64,000 nucleotides of DNA. It comes from Naegleria gruberi (taxonomy: Eukaryota). Within the stretch, counting starts at the first letter, position 1. The number at the start of each line of letters is the position of its first letter. The notes below the pieces were generated by a model, which saw nothing but the letters and a program-made list of their open reading frames with translations, ran no database searches and had not been told where the DNA came from. This document shows positions 55,044 to 64,000 of this stretch, piece after piece. Location: assembly GCA_000004985.1 (NCBI GenBank), contig GG738897.1. One strand, written 5' to 3'. The position numbers were made by a program, and so were the translations under genes.

Positions 55044-55982
55044 ATGTCTCGTGTCGTAGTGGAACTTGTTGATTTAAATGTCGTGGAAAATTCATCATCA
55101 TCAGATCATATTATTTATTTAATTAATATATTGAAGAGATCATTTACAAAAAAAAAACATCAATTTTCGTTGAATTTTAACATGATTGGTCAATTTGATC
55201 AACTTTCTCCAAAAGATCCTGTCTTTGATATTGCCATTTCCAAAAAATATGACACGATACTCATTCCACAGAGGGTTGGTATATCAATTTATAATAGACC
55301 AAGCAGTCGGGAAACTTTCCATCTCGAGCAATTATTCAAAGTAGAGAAACCCAATTCTGGGCTTCGTTGTATGAAATTGGTTGAAGAGGAAGGAGAGGAA
55401 TTTATCTATGCAACAGATTACTCAAGCACTGTTGTTAAATTTAGTGTTTCGGATATTATGATACGAAAAGTATTTTCAATTATTTGGCAATCTGAATCAT
55501 TTTCTAATTTGTGGGGATTGGATGTTTTGAATGGAAAAGTTTATGCAGTTGACAATATGAAGTCAGTTAAAATTTTGGATTGCAAAAGTGGTGCAACTAT
55601 TTCAGAAAATGCTCCAAATGTAGCAGAAGGATACGGTATTCATTTCTTGTCAGAGAAACAAGCAGTAGTAAGCAACTCAAAGAAAGTGGAAATATTCGAA
55701 AGGGACAATTTTGGTAATTGGAATTCCATCAAACAAACTCAATTTCCAATGGAAGCTGCTTATTCAATTTTCTGTGAAGAATCATCCGGATTAATCTATG
55801 TTTGTGATGATTCTAAATTACATGGATTGAATATTCATGTGGTAAGACAGAATGATTTGACATTGGTGAAATCATTTCCAATTCCTTCCTTGCATTTTGG
55901 TGTTATGGTGGACGATAAAAGTGGATTGCTGTATGTGTGCCATTATGAAAGTTCGAAAATGCAGGTTAATGTTTATGAATAA
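55044..55982 (+). CDS. hypothetical protein, possibly a beta-propeller (NHL/TolB-like repeats)
   Basis: 312 aa with an ATG start. Repeats of the ..LIYVCDDSKLHGLNIHVV / GLLYVCHYESSKMQVNVYE type are present. Confidence 0.4.
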   Translation: MSRVVVELVDLNVVENSSSSDHIIYLINILKRSFTKKKHQFSLNFNMIGQFDQLSPKDPVFDIAISKKYDTILIPQRVGISIYNRPSSRETFHLEQLFKVEKPNSGLRCMKLVEEEGEEFIYATDYSSTVVKFSVSDIMIRKVFSIIWQSESFSNLWGLDVLNGKVYAVDNMKSVKILDCKSGATISENAPNVAEGYGIHFLSEKQAVVSNSKKVEIFERDNFGNWNSIKQTQFPMEAAYSIFCEESSGLIYVCDDSKLHGLNIHVVRQNDLTLVKSFPIPSLHFGVMVDDKSGLLYVCHYESSKMQVNVYE

Positions 55983-56754
55983 TTATTGAAACAAGTATTG
56001 TAACGGATTTTGATTGACATTTAAATATTGAAATATGAATAATCACGTTTTAGATAAAAAAATGAAAAGACGAACAAAGATCTTCTCCCTTCTCTCATTC
56101 CTATCTATTTCTTCAATTGCCAATTTCCAATCACTCAACCAGAAACTCTTACATGAGATGTTGATTTCATGTGTTTAGTCATTTTAACACTCAAACCAAC
56201 TCAATATCCAAGAATGTATGTGGAATATCTACTTTTCTCCAAAGTTCCATTGATATTGAGAAGAGATGATACCATTGTTTATGTTTCACAGGAGGATTAT
56301 CATAAATGTTGCTCAAATGAGAGATTGAAATTGAGATCTCAAGGGAAAACAAGAAGGGTGACCTTAACAATACGAAGGAATGTTTTTGGAGGAATTGTGT
56401 TGGATAGCTTGGATAAAATTGAAGAAATTCCAATAACAAGAGATGTCTATCCACTCAAATATTAGCAATTTAAAAATTCATTTTCATCATAGTTACAACA
56501 CTTTACAACAATTGAAATTAGATTTTCAAAGCAATGGACAACGCTTGTGGCGAAAAATTGCCCAAAAAAAACAACGCAATCCATAAATGCCGCCTTTTTC
56601 ACCTTTTAAAAAATGTTCATCATCCAACAACATTAAATTTCATCATTAAATAAAATAGCAACAACAATAAGATAATAATAACATCATCATCATTGATTTA
56701 TTAAAATTCAATAATAGTAAACTATATAGTAATAATAATCAACTTGGATAGAGA

Positions 56755-57480
56755 ATGAGTACAAAGAGAAGTACAGTATTACCAGATAATTTCCTTAAAT
56801 TTTGTAGGGAACAAGTAGCATCAGCAGATAGAAAGGATTCCTCAGTTTGGACTTTGGAAGCAGAGAAGGATGGAGTCTCTGTCTATTCGAGACCAGTGGA
56901 TAATCAAGAAGGAGGTTTGGAATTGGCTTTTCGTATTAGTGGTTTGCTGAAGGCTTCTGTTGAGGAGGCTTTTGAGGCTACACGAAATGTACATTATAAA
57001 GTTGTTCAGAAGAATGCCATTGAGGAAGGAAGAGTAGTGGAGGATCATTATTCAACACCTGACGAGGATGGAGAATTGTATGATATTGTCTATCAGAGAA
57101 CTCCTTCTCCGAATACATATATTATTGCCAAGAGAGAGTTTTTCTCTGCTCGTTACTTTACTGAGATTGAGGGCAAAAAGTTGATTTTTGAACGATCGAT
57201 TAATATTAATGATTTGGCTCCACAGACTTTAAAGTCTATGAAGAAGATTCCTGGATTTAATGAACCAGGTGCTATTGAAGGAACTATCAAATTTAGTATT
57301 GTTGAATTTGAGGCAATTAGTGAGACTAGCTCAAAATTTGAGGTTATTAGCAAGATGAATTTGAATGGTTGGATTCCAATGAAACTTATTAATAATTTAA
57401 TGAAGATTGCTCCTCAAAAGGCAAGAGATGACATTGAATCGTGTATTGACACTTACAGAAAGTCCAAGCAACAAAAATAA
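56755..57480 (+). CDS. START (StAR-related lipid-transfer) domain protein
   Basis: 241 aa with an ATG start. Fold signature: ..WTLEAEKDGVSVYSRPV...YDIVYQRTPSPNTYIIAKREFFSARYF...LNGWIPMKLINNLM. Confidence 0.7.
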   Translation: MSTKRSTVLPDNFLKFCREQVASADRKDSSVWTLEAEKDGVSVYSRPVDNQEGGLELAFRISGLLKASVEEAFEATRNVHYKVVQKNAIEEGRVVEDHYSTPDEDGELYDIVYQRTPSPNTYIIAKREFFSARYFTEIEGKKLIFERSININDLAPQTLKSMKKIPGFNEPGAIEGTIKFSIVEFEAISETSSKFEVISKMNLNGWIPMKLINNLMKIAPQKARDDIESCIDTYRKSKQQK

Positions 57481-57591
57481 TTTCCTCTCTACCTCAACTG
57501 CATCACCATTTCTAATTTCTAGCTTCACTTGTACAAATTATTTCTATTTTGAATTATTAAATTATTTTACACTCAATCAATAATTATTGAA

Positions 57592-58314
57592 CTATTCTTG
57601 ATGAGAATGTCCAGCTACAGGATATTCTTGACCTCCAATGACACGAGCAAAGAATCTCAACAAGTTTCCAACACTTTCCAAACAATTAGCAACAAACATT
57701 TTGAGTGATTTCAAGAAATAAATTGCCAAAATGAATGAAATCACATAGAACCAATTTGAATCCATCACTGATTGATAATTAGCCATTGAAAAATAGAAAA
57801 GATATCCAGTCACAAAACCAATCAATAAGAAGGACCAATCATAGACAAAGAGCATGATAAACATTTGAAATTTCATGGCATCTGTTAAAGCTCCATATCG
57901 AAATACGAAATAAATTTGCCAAGTAACAATCAATTGACATAATCCAATGACATTCCTCTTTCCAATTCCATTCTTGAGTGTTTCATTCACTTGAATCACA
58001 ATTCTCCAAACAATCCACGAAACTACAAATAACATTCCCATCAATTCCAACAACAAGACAAATAATCTATTAGCATCAAATGACAATCTTTCAAAATACG
58101 AGCACATTGTATAGAGACTATACAAACAAACTCCGAAATGTGTCCACGACCGATAGACAAACAAACTCGTCAAGAATCGATAATATTCTCCATCACGAAA
58201 TATTTTGTGAAAATTAAAGCCAAACTCATTGGTTAGCTGATTGATTTTCCTTGTATCGGAACGTAGAAAGATGATGAAAAGTGGAAGGGCAATGATTGGG
58301 AACAATTCGAGCAT
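57592..58314 (-). CDS. multi-pass membrane protein, possibly a derlin/rhomboid-like pseudoprotease
   Basis: The ORF track starts at GTG; the first ATG is at 58314 (MLELFPIIALPLF...). The YRFLTSLFVYRSWTHF..LYSLYTMCSYFER segment is reminiscent of the derlin WRLvTSF motif. There are 5-6 hydrophobic helices. Confidence 0.4.
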   Translation of the reverse strand: MLELFPIIALPLFIIFLRSDTRKINQLTNEFGFNFHKIFRDGEYYRFLTSLFVYRSWTHFGVCLYSLYTMCSYFERLSFDANRLFVLLLELMGMLFVVSWIVWRIVIQVNETLKNGIGKRNVIGLCQLIVTWQIYFVFRYGALTDAMKFQMFIMLFVYDWSFLLIGFVTGYLFYFSMANYQSVMDSNWFYVISFILAIYFLKSLKMFVANCLESVGNLLRFFARVIGGQEYPVAGHSHQE

Positions 58315-59019
58315 TTTTTTTTGATTTTTTAATTTTTTTATATTTTCAAAGTATTTAAAGTTTACAATAATATGCAAGTTTGATAAGAGGAACACGTTTT
58401 TACAAGACACGAAAATGAGAGGTTACACTCCATGAGGAGAGATTTGAGTAATGTTGAGTTTTACAATGGCATGATCAGCTTGCTTAGCAACCTCGTGTTG
58501 TAAATAATTTGTAAATATTCCACATGTTCACATGTTGATCATTGAAGTAATTTCCTCATAATGTCTATTTCTCACTACCAAGAAAGTTATCTTCCGATTC
58601 ATCATTTGATTGTGCAAATATTTCAAGATTACAACCACCAACAGTTCAAATACTGCTTTCATTAGAAATATATGATGAAGTGCTGATAAAGACTGTTCGA
58701 TATTTCATGTCAGCGTTGAGTTGTTTGTCAAAAAACTGCAATATTCCAATTAAAAATTTTGAAAAGAGAGCTATGGACAATTTGTAACAATAATTATCCA
58801 TCTCATTAGAGCTATGGATAATTTGTATTTCGAAATATCTGCTACTATTTTCCAATTTTTAATTCTGCAAAGGAAAAAGTAAAGATTCGGCACTAACCTA
58901 ACTTGGTATTACTAAAATGGAATCATTCCAAATTCGTCCATTATTTCATATAATTCAACAACTCAATAAATACTCAGCACTCCAAACATTCAAAGTTTTT
59001 CATACAAAAAAAGTTGAAA

Positions 59020-60306
59020 ATGTCATCTCAAATCCAAAAGAATCTACAAGAACAACGTCCAATCAAAGCAATCAATGCAGCAGCAACTGCTACCTCTGAT
59101 GAGGAGGGCACTGTTTTGAGATTTTATCCTCAGGATATTACCGTTACACGAAACCAACCTCTCCTCGAAATGATAGAGAAATGTTACGTCCCCCAAGTCT
59201 TTAAAGATGGTCCTCAAGATGCTGAGATGAGTATAGTTGGTGGAAAGATTAAAATGTCTCAGATTGACAAGTTGATTCCACGTACTCCAGGATTTGATAA
59301 GTTACATACCTTCACAGCTGCCAAGTTGACTGCCAATATGTGGCGAGACACTGTCAAGGCATTGAGAAAAACATTCCCTGATGATAAAAAGTTGAGTAAG
59401 GCAGCTGAATACTGGGATAAGATGCCGAATGGTACTCTCCAAATTAGTCCATATGGTTTGGAGGACGAAAAGAATGCCTACTATTCACGTGGTGGTACTG
59501 GTAGTATTGTACTAAAGTTTGGTTATTTCACCGATGACAAAGGAGATACAATTTACACATGTCAATCACCTGACATTGTTGCTCATGAAACTGGACATTA
59601 TGTATTGGATCATTTGCGTCCAGAATTCAATGATTCTAAAAATGTACAAACTGGTGGCCTTCACGAAGCATTTGGTGATATTTCTGCCTTAAGTTTCGTA
59701 TTTGCTGATGATGCCATGGCTAGAGCTTTAATTAATCTAACATTTGGTAACCTTCATGCTTCAGCAAACAACTTTGCTGCTCACTTGGCTGAGGAATTTG
59801 GTATTTCATTGGGAATGCCTGGTTATCTCCGTAATGCTGATGATGATTACAAACTTTCTCAGGTTGAGGAAGAGGTCCACGCCATATCAGAGGTGTTTAC
59901 TGGCGCTTATTATGATGCCCTTGCAAGTGCTTTTAAGGCAGCTACTGAAGAATTCACTGAATACAATTCAGTCAATTTGTTGCAGGCAGTGAGTGAATAC
60001 TCTCGTAACCTCCTATTGCATGCCATTGTAACTGTTGGAGGAAAATCACCAGATTTTGCTGATATTGCCAATAGATTATATGAGATTATTGACCTTCATA
60101 GTAAGAATGCACCTGCAAAAGTAGCTTATTTGCAAAAGTTAAAGTGGAAAACTTACTTTCAAACAGAGTTTGAGCGTCGTGAGGTCAGTAAACCAGTTAA
60201 TCAATTACGATATGCTGCAAAGAAGAGGGATATGGTTGCTGAACAAGTCAGACCAGAGAAGGAGATCCTAACAATGGTTTGTGGCGCCCGTACTCTCCAA
60301 AATTAA
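59020..60306 (+). CDS. putative zinc metallopeptidase (HExxH)
   Basis: The ORF-track start is TTG; the ATG is at 59020. An HETGH motif (IVAHETGHYVLDH) has a downstream GLHEAFGD glutamate. Confidence 0.55.
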   Translation: MSSQIQKNLQEQRPIKAINAAATATSDEEGTVLRFYPQDITVTRNQPLLEMIEKCYVPQVFKDGPQDAEMSIVGGKIKMSQIDKLIPRTPGFDKLHTFTAAKLTANMWRDTVKALRKTFPDDKKLSKAAEYWDKMPNGTLQISPYGLEDEKNAYYSRGGTGSIVLKFGYFTDDKGDTIYTCQSPDIVAHETGHYVLDHLRPEFNDSKNVQTGGLHEAFGDISALSFVFADDAMARALINLTFGNLHASANNFAAHLAEEFGISLGMPGYLRNADDDYKLSQVEEEVHAISEVFTGAYYDALASAFKAATEEFTEYNSVNLLQAVSEYSRNLLLHAIVTVGGKSPDFADIANRLYEIIDLHSKNAPAKVAYLQKLKWKTYFQTEFERREVSKPVNQLRYAAKKRDMVAEQVRPEKEILTMVCGARTLQN

Positions 60307-60406
60307 TTATGTATATATATAAACAACAATTAGTGAGTATTATTGGATGTGTACTTCAAAGATATCTTATCAAAGTTTGCTTTATTGCTTAAATGATTTT
60401 TTGGTT

Positions 60407-61363
60407 TTACAAATTATTCAAGTCAACCAAAGTGGAATTTTCCATCAATTCTTTCAATTCATCTTCCCATCCCAATTCTCTCACTAACAATTCCACACAT
60501 CCATCAATGGTCTGATCAGCTCCTCCCAAATATAAATCCAAATGATTATTCTTCACATCACATTCTCTAATAGCTGATTGAATATTGTAAAATCCTCCAC
60601 ATCGATCTCTATTGATTAAAACTCTCATCGTTCCATGAGGTGCATATTCTGGAAGGAGGGCCACTGGATAAACTTGTAAACTAGTTCCAATGACAATGAA
60701 TAGTTTACAATTTTTGTGTTTTTTCAAATCTTGAAAAACACATTCTCCAAATTTGTCTGGTAAATCTTCTCCGTACAGAACTACATCAGTTTTTACAATA
60801 TTTCCACAAACATTGCATTTGGGAATTTGAACTTCTTCCTCACTTTCACTTGTCATTTGATCTCTCAAATATTGTAAAGTAAATTGTTTTTTACAATGCA
60901 TGCAATGAGAGGTGTGCAATTTTCCATGACAATGCACCAACAATTCATCTGAAACTCCACTTTTTCTCTCCAATCCATCAATATTTTGTGTGTACAATCT
61001 CATTAACTTGTTCTTATCTTGCAATAGCTTGATAAAGAAATGAGTTTTCGATGGTTTGTATTCGGTGGCAATGAAATTCTTCATTCTTTCAAAAAATGGA
61101 ATTGGATTTTCTTTGAAATAACCAATTTCGAATATTGATGTTGGATCTTTGACTTCGTACTTATCGAGTGAGCCATTTACAAAGAGTCCTTTACCTGGAG
61201 TTCTAAAATCTGGAATGCCACATGAAGTTGACAATCCGGCACCTGTCAATACAATTATGGAGGCATCTGAAATGTTGTTAATTTGCTGAGCGAGTAATTT
61301 GACAGCATCAAGTCGTTCCTCATCAGAAATGGTTGGTTCCACACGTTCTTTCTTTTTCGTCAT
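60407..61363 (-). CDS. sirtuin (SIR2-family NAD-dependent protein deacylase)
   Basis: Sirtuin signatures: GAGLSTSCGIPDFR, TQNIDGLE, Zn ribbon CxxC...CxxC (HCMHCKKQ...CNVCGN), and VVLYGEDLP. The ORF-track start is GTG at 61477; the first ATG is at 61363 (MTKKKERV...). Confidence 0.85.
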   Translation of the reverse strand: MTKKKERVEPTISDEERLDAVKLLAQQINNISDASIIVLTGAGLSTSCGIPDFRTPGKGLFVNGSLDKYEVKDPTSIFEIGYFKENPIPFFERMKNFIATEYKPSKTHFFIKLLQDKNKLMRLYTQNIDGLERKSGVSDELLVHCHGKLHTSHCMHCKKQFTLQYLRDQMTSESEEEVQIPKCNVCGNIVKTDVVLYGEDLPDKFGECVFQDLKKHKNCKLFIVIGTSLQVYPVALLPEYAPHGTMRVLINRDRCGGFYNIQSAIRECDVKNNHLDLYLGGADQTIDGCVELLVRELGWEDELKELMENSTLVDLNNL

Positions 61364-61691
61364 TTTTTTTTGCAGTGAAATTTGGAAGATAATTTTGAAC
61401 AGTTGACAGAAATTTGAAGTTGAACTTGACACTTTACAATACAACAGCAAATTGTTTTCAATTTCCAACTTCCACACCTATCTTTCAAAATATTTCCGCT
61501 TATCAAGTAGAAACTTTTCTATTGGTTGATGCACCACCAATCTTTCAAATTCGTCGCCTTTCATACTCAAATTTACAACACTGTTCAGTTCAAGTGGTTT
61601 AGAATATTATAAATACCTGCTGCTGATGCTTCTAATTAAAAACAACAAAAAATATAACCAAACAACTCATTAGAAACTAAACTAAACGAAA

Positions 61692-62144
61692 ATGATGCTC
61701 AATTGTCAAGTAAGCGACGAAATTATCAAATCTTATGAAGAAATGAGAATGGGAAAGGGTGCCAACAAGGATAAAAAGTTCCTAGTCTTGAAAATGCATG
61801 AAAATTCCATTCAAATCGATCAAGAATTAACTAAACTCTCCTCATTGGACGAATTGACCGCCAATCTCCCTCCAAAAAACACTCGTTTCATTTGTTATCA
61901 TTTGAGTTTCGAAATGCCAACTCAAAACGAAAACAGTGGTATCAGAGAAGGAACCAGAACCAAAATGATGTTTCTCACTTGGTGTCCAAACGAAACTAAA
62001 GTTAAGGAAAAGTTTCAGGTTGCAGCCACAGTCAAAACTGTTAAGGAAAAATTGAATGGATTGAGTGCAACGATTCATTGCTCTGTGAAGGGTGAAATTG
62101 ATGAAAAATTAATGATTGAAAAGTGTTTAACTTTTATGAAATAG
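61692..62144 (+). CDS. ADF/cofilin family actin-depolymerising protein
   Basis: 150 aa with an ATG start. ADF-H signature: FLVLKM...NTRFICYHLSF...KMMFLTWCPNETKVKEKFQVAATVKTVKEKLNG. Confidence 0.8.
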   Translation: MMLNCQVSDEIIKSYEEMRMGKGANKDKKFLVLKMHENSIQIDQELTKLSSLDELTANLPPKNTRFICYHLSFEMPTQNENSGIREGTRTKMMFLTWCPNETKVKEKFQVAATVKTVKEKLNGLSATIHCSVKGEIDEKLMIEKCLTFMK

Positions 62145-62278
62145 TGAAATTTTTGTAAAGTTTTAAATAATATTGAATAAAATTCTGTTATTTTCATAAG
62201 TCTAAAAGCGGAAATATTTTCTAGTGTTGTGAAAAAGAGCGCTCTGCAAAGTTCCACTTTCATTCCAATGGTTCTTCC

Positions 62279-62731
62279 ATGTTGTTACTGATCTATTCGA
62301 AAGGTTTCGTCCACTTAAAAAAAATGTCCCACTTTCAATTCATCCTTCATTCTGCCACCAATCTTCCAAAAGCCGACGTTGTTGGCACCATCGATGCCTA
62401 TGCAGTTATTAAAATTCCATGTGAAACATGTGTAAAGGAATATGTGACACCTTTCATCAATGATGATGAGAATCCAGTTTGGAATTTTGAATGTCCATCA
62501 GAGATTTATATGAATACTAATGATGAGATTACTGTGGAAATATGGGATAAGGATACATTCACGAGGGATGACTTTGTTGCGAACTGTCAAATTTCAATTT
62601 CTAATATTTTGGCATGTCCATTTAAGGAAAAGACAATAATATTGAAATGTGTCGATGATTACACTCCCTATGACAAGAGCAAACCAGCAACAGTCACAAT
62701 TTCTGCTTTTTATAAATCCTTTAGAAATTAA
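62279..62731 (+). CDS. C2-domain protein
   Basis: FQFILHSATNLPKADVVGTIDAYAVIKIP..NPVWNFEC..EITVEIWDKDTFTRDDFVANCQISI is a typical C2 calcium/lipid-binding fold. Confidence 0.65.
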   Translation: MLLLIYSKGFVHLKKMSHFQFILHSATNLPKADVVGTIDAYAVIKIPCETCVKEYVTPFINDDENPVWNFECPSEIYMNTNDEITVEIWDKDTFTRDDFVANCQISISNILACPFKEKTIILKCVDDYTPYDKSKPATVTISAFYKSFRN

Positions 62732-62907
62732 AAGTTCTAAACTAATTGTGAACTGTTTGTAAACTCTTCTCTCTCAAAAACAAAACACCATTTCAACTAT
62801 TTGATCCATCTCCAGAGAGCTAATTTCAGATCTCAATCTGTTGTGGTTGTTGATAATCAAAAATTAAGATTGACAATATGCTAGAAAGTGATGAAATTAA
62901 AATTATC

Positions 62908-62979
62908 CTCCCATGCCGGGAATTGAACCCGGACCTCCTGGGTGAAAGCCAGGTATCCTAGCCATTGGACTACACGGGA
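62908..62979 (-). tRNA. tRNA-Glu(UUC)
   Basis: Reverse complement: TCCCGTGTAGTCCAATGGCTAGGATACCTGGCTTTCACCCAGGAGGTCCGGGTTCAATTCCCGGCATGGGA. It forms a canonical cloverleaf with anticodon loop CTTTCAC. Confidence 0.85.
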
Positions 62980-63208
62980 TTTATATTCCTTAAAAATATT
63001 ATTAAGGTTTTTTTTATTAAGGATTTGCTTCTTTTTGCTAGTAGGCGCATATCTTCGGAATATTCATGATAAACCGTACATGTACAATGTCAAATATTAT
63101 TAAGTTCTCCAACATCGAATTTAATCTTATACACAAAGAAAGTGCATAGTACGCTCTGTGACAAAAACCAGAGAGTTGATTTGTTTGGAAAAGTTGCTAA
63201 TATTTGGT

Positions 63209-63949
63209 TTATTCAGTTTCAATCATGGTATCTTGGATAGTTTCGAATTCGTCAGAGTCTTGAAAATCATCTTCTTCAATAATAACTTCTTCTTCTTCTG
63301 AACTGTCCATGTATTCGGATTCGAGTTGAGAGCTATCTTCTCCGAATTGTGTATCTTTGAAATTAATATCGAATATTTGTTCCACATAGCGTTTCATTTG
63401 ATTCCATTGATTTTCCAATAGTTCAAAACTATTAGAAATTGCAGCAAGTGCTTCTTCACTATTGTCATTGAGTAAAAGTGAATATTCTACAATTTCTACC
63501 AATTCAAATGCCTGTTCACATTGTTCAGCACCAATTAATAATTTGATCTCTTCAATATTTCCTTTAATTTCGTCTAGTTTGTCCTCATTCGTCTTTCCAA
63601 TAATGGAATTATAACGTTTCCTTACACCTTTGTCAGTTCTCTCCTTAATACCTTTTAATAATTCAATCATCAAACTAGCCTTTTCAGCACCAACAGCATT
63701 ATTCTCTATTTGATAATAAAGATTAGTGAGCTTTCTCATCAGTGGAAGAGTTTCTTCTTGGATTTCGTATCTTCCAAATTGGAAAGAATCAAGTTCTATC
63801 ATAGGAATCAACTCTACCTCACATAAATTGTGTTTCAAGTAATATTGTAAATTTGCCCTATAGGCAGCTGGAGTTTCTTTAGAATACATTATTGTAATCT
63901 TTTCCAACGTTCTGGCAGAAATATGAGAGTTGACAATATCTAACATGGC
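63209..63949 (-). CDS. acidic hypothetical protein (C-terminal D/E-rich tail); the start is uncertain and the ORF stays open to the window edge
   Basis: The ORF-track start is TTG at 63970. The first ATG is at ~63949. The upstream frame has no stop before position 64000. Confidence 0.4.
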   Translation of the reverse strand, partial: AMLDIVNSHISARTLEKITIMYSKETPAAYRANLQYYLKHNLCEVELIPMIELDSFQFGRYEIQEETLPLMRKLTNLYYQIENNAVGAEKASLMIELLKGIKERTDKGVRKRYNSIIGKTNEDKLDEIKGNIEEIKLLIGAEQCEQAFELVEIVEYSLLLNDNSEEALAAISNSFELLENQWNQMKRYVEQIFDINFKDTQFGEDSSQLESEYMDSSEEEEVIIEEDDFQDSDEFETIQDTMIETE

Positions 63950-64000
63950 TATCTTTTCAGTAATAACCAAGTGTTTGCATTTTGGAAATAATTTAAATAA

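Noticed and set aside
56169-56465. 98-aa ORF and overlapping antisense 87-aa ORF at 56169-56465
   Set aside because: No recognisable domain, and the two ORFs overlap each other. The region is probably the 5' flank of the START gene at 56755. Kept out of the feature list for lack of support.

Overview
This is a eukaryotic, AT-rich (roughly two-thirds A+T), gene-dense window with no prokaryotic features, and I found no CRISPR array or prokaryote-type defense system.

Sequence character: it uses the standard genetic code. Introns are short (31-96 nt in most cases, one of about 1.8 kb), follow GTAAGT...AG, and were placed here by splicing adjacent ORFs. Many ORF-track entries begin at non-ATG codons (TTG, GTG), so true ATG starts lie downstream. 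The gene content points to a free-living protist. A BLUF-adenylyl cyclase and a cathepsin B suggest a Naegleria-like heterolobosean. The His/Asn-rich low-complexity coding suggests a dictyostelid-type amoebozoan instead. I cannot decide between them from sequence alone.

Annotation: about 40 protein genes are supported. They include beta-tubulin, a serpin, a sirtuin, ADF/cofilin, cathepsin B, a BLUF-cyclase, and a WD40 protein. There are four RGS-domain genes, two of them with RGS+START architecture. There is a degenerate G-alpha-like gene and a catalytically dead eIF4A-like paralog. There are two paralogous 4- and 5-exon receptor-like Ser/Thr kinase genes with NHL-repeat/EGF ectodomains. There is a large secreted parallel beta-helix protein. 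Three canonical tRNAs (Ile, Gly, Glu) are present, plus three atypical tRNA-like genes.

Findings worth a second look:
- A roughly 5-6 kb receptor-kinase gene is duplicated, and both copies are bracketed by tRNA or tRNA-like genes.
- Two of those tRNA-like genes are paralogs with 9-nt anticodon loops and conserved Pol-III-type trailers.
- A roughly 1.74 kb non-autonomous DNA-transposon-like insertion with 9-bp flanking direct repeats and CAGCAAAGG subterminal inverted repeats sits in one intron of the second kinase copy.
- RGS, G-alpha-like and photoactivated-cyclase genes cluster within about 50 kb.
- Two genes carry frameshifts, and one truncated pseudogene copy is present.

Coordinates were derived by hand and anchored to the ORF track where possible. 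Expect +/-1-2 nt uncertainty at splice sites, tRNA ends and repeat boundaries.
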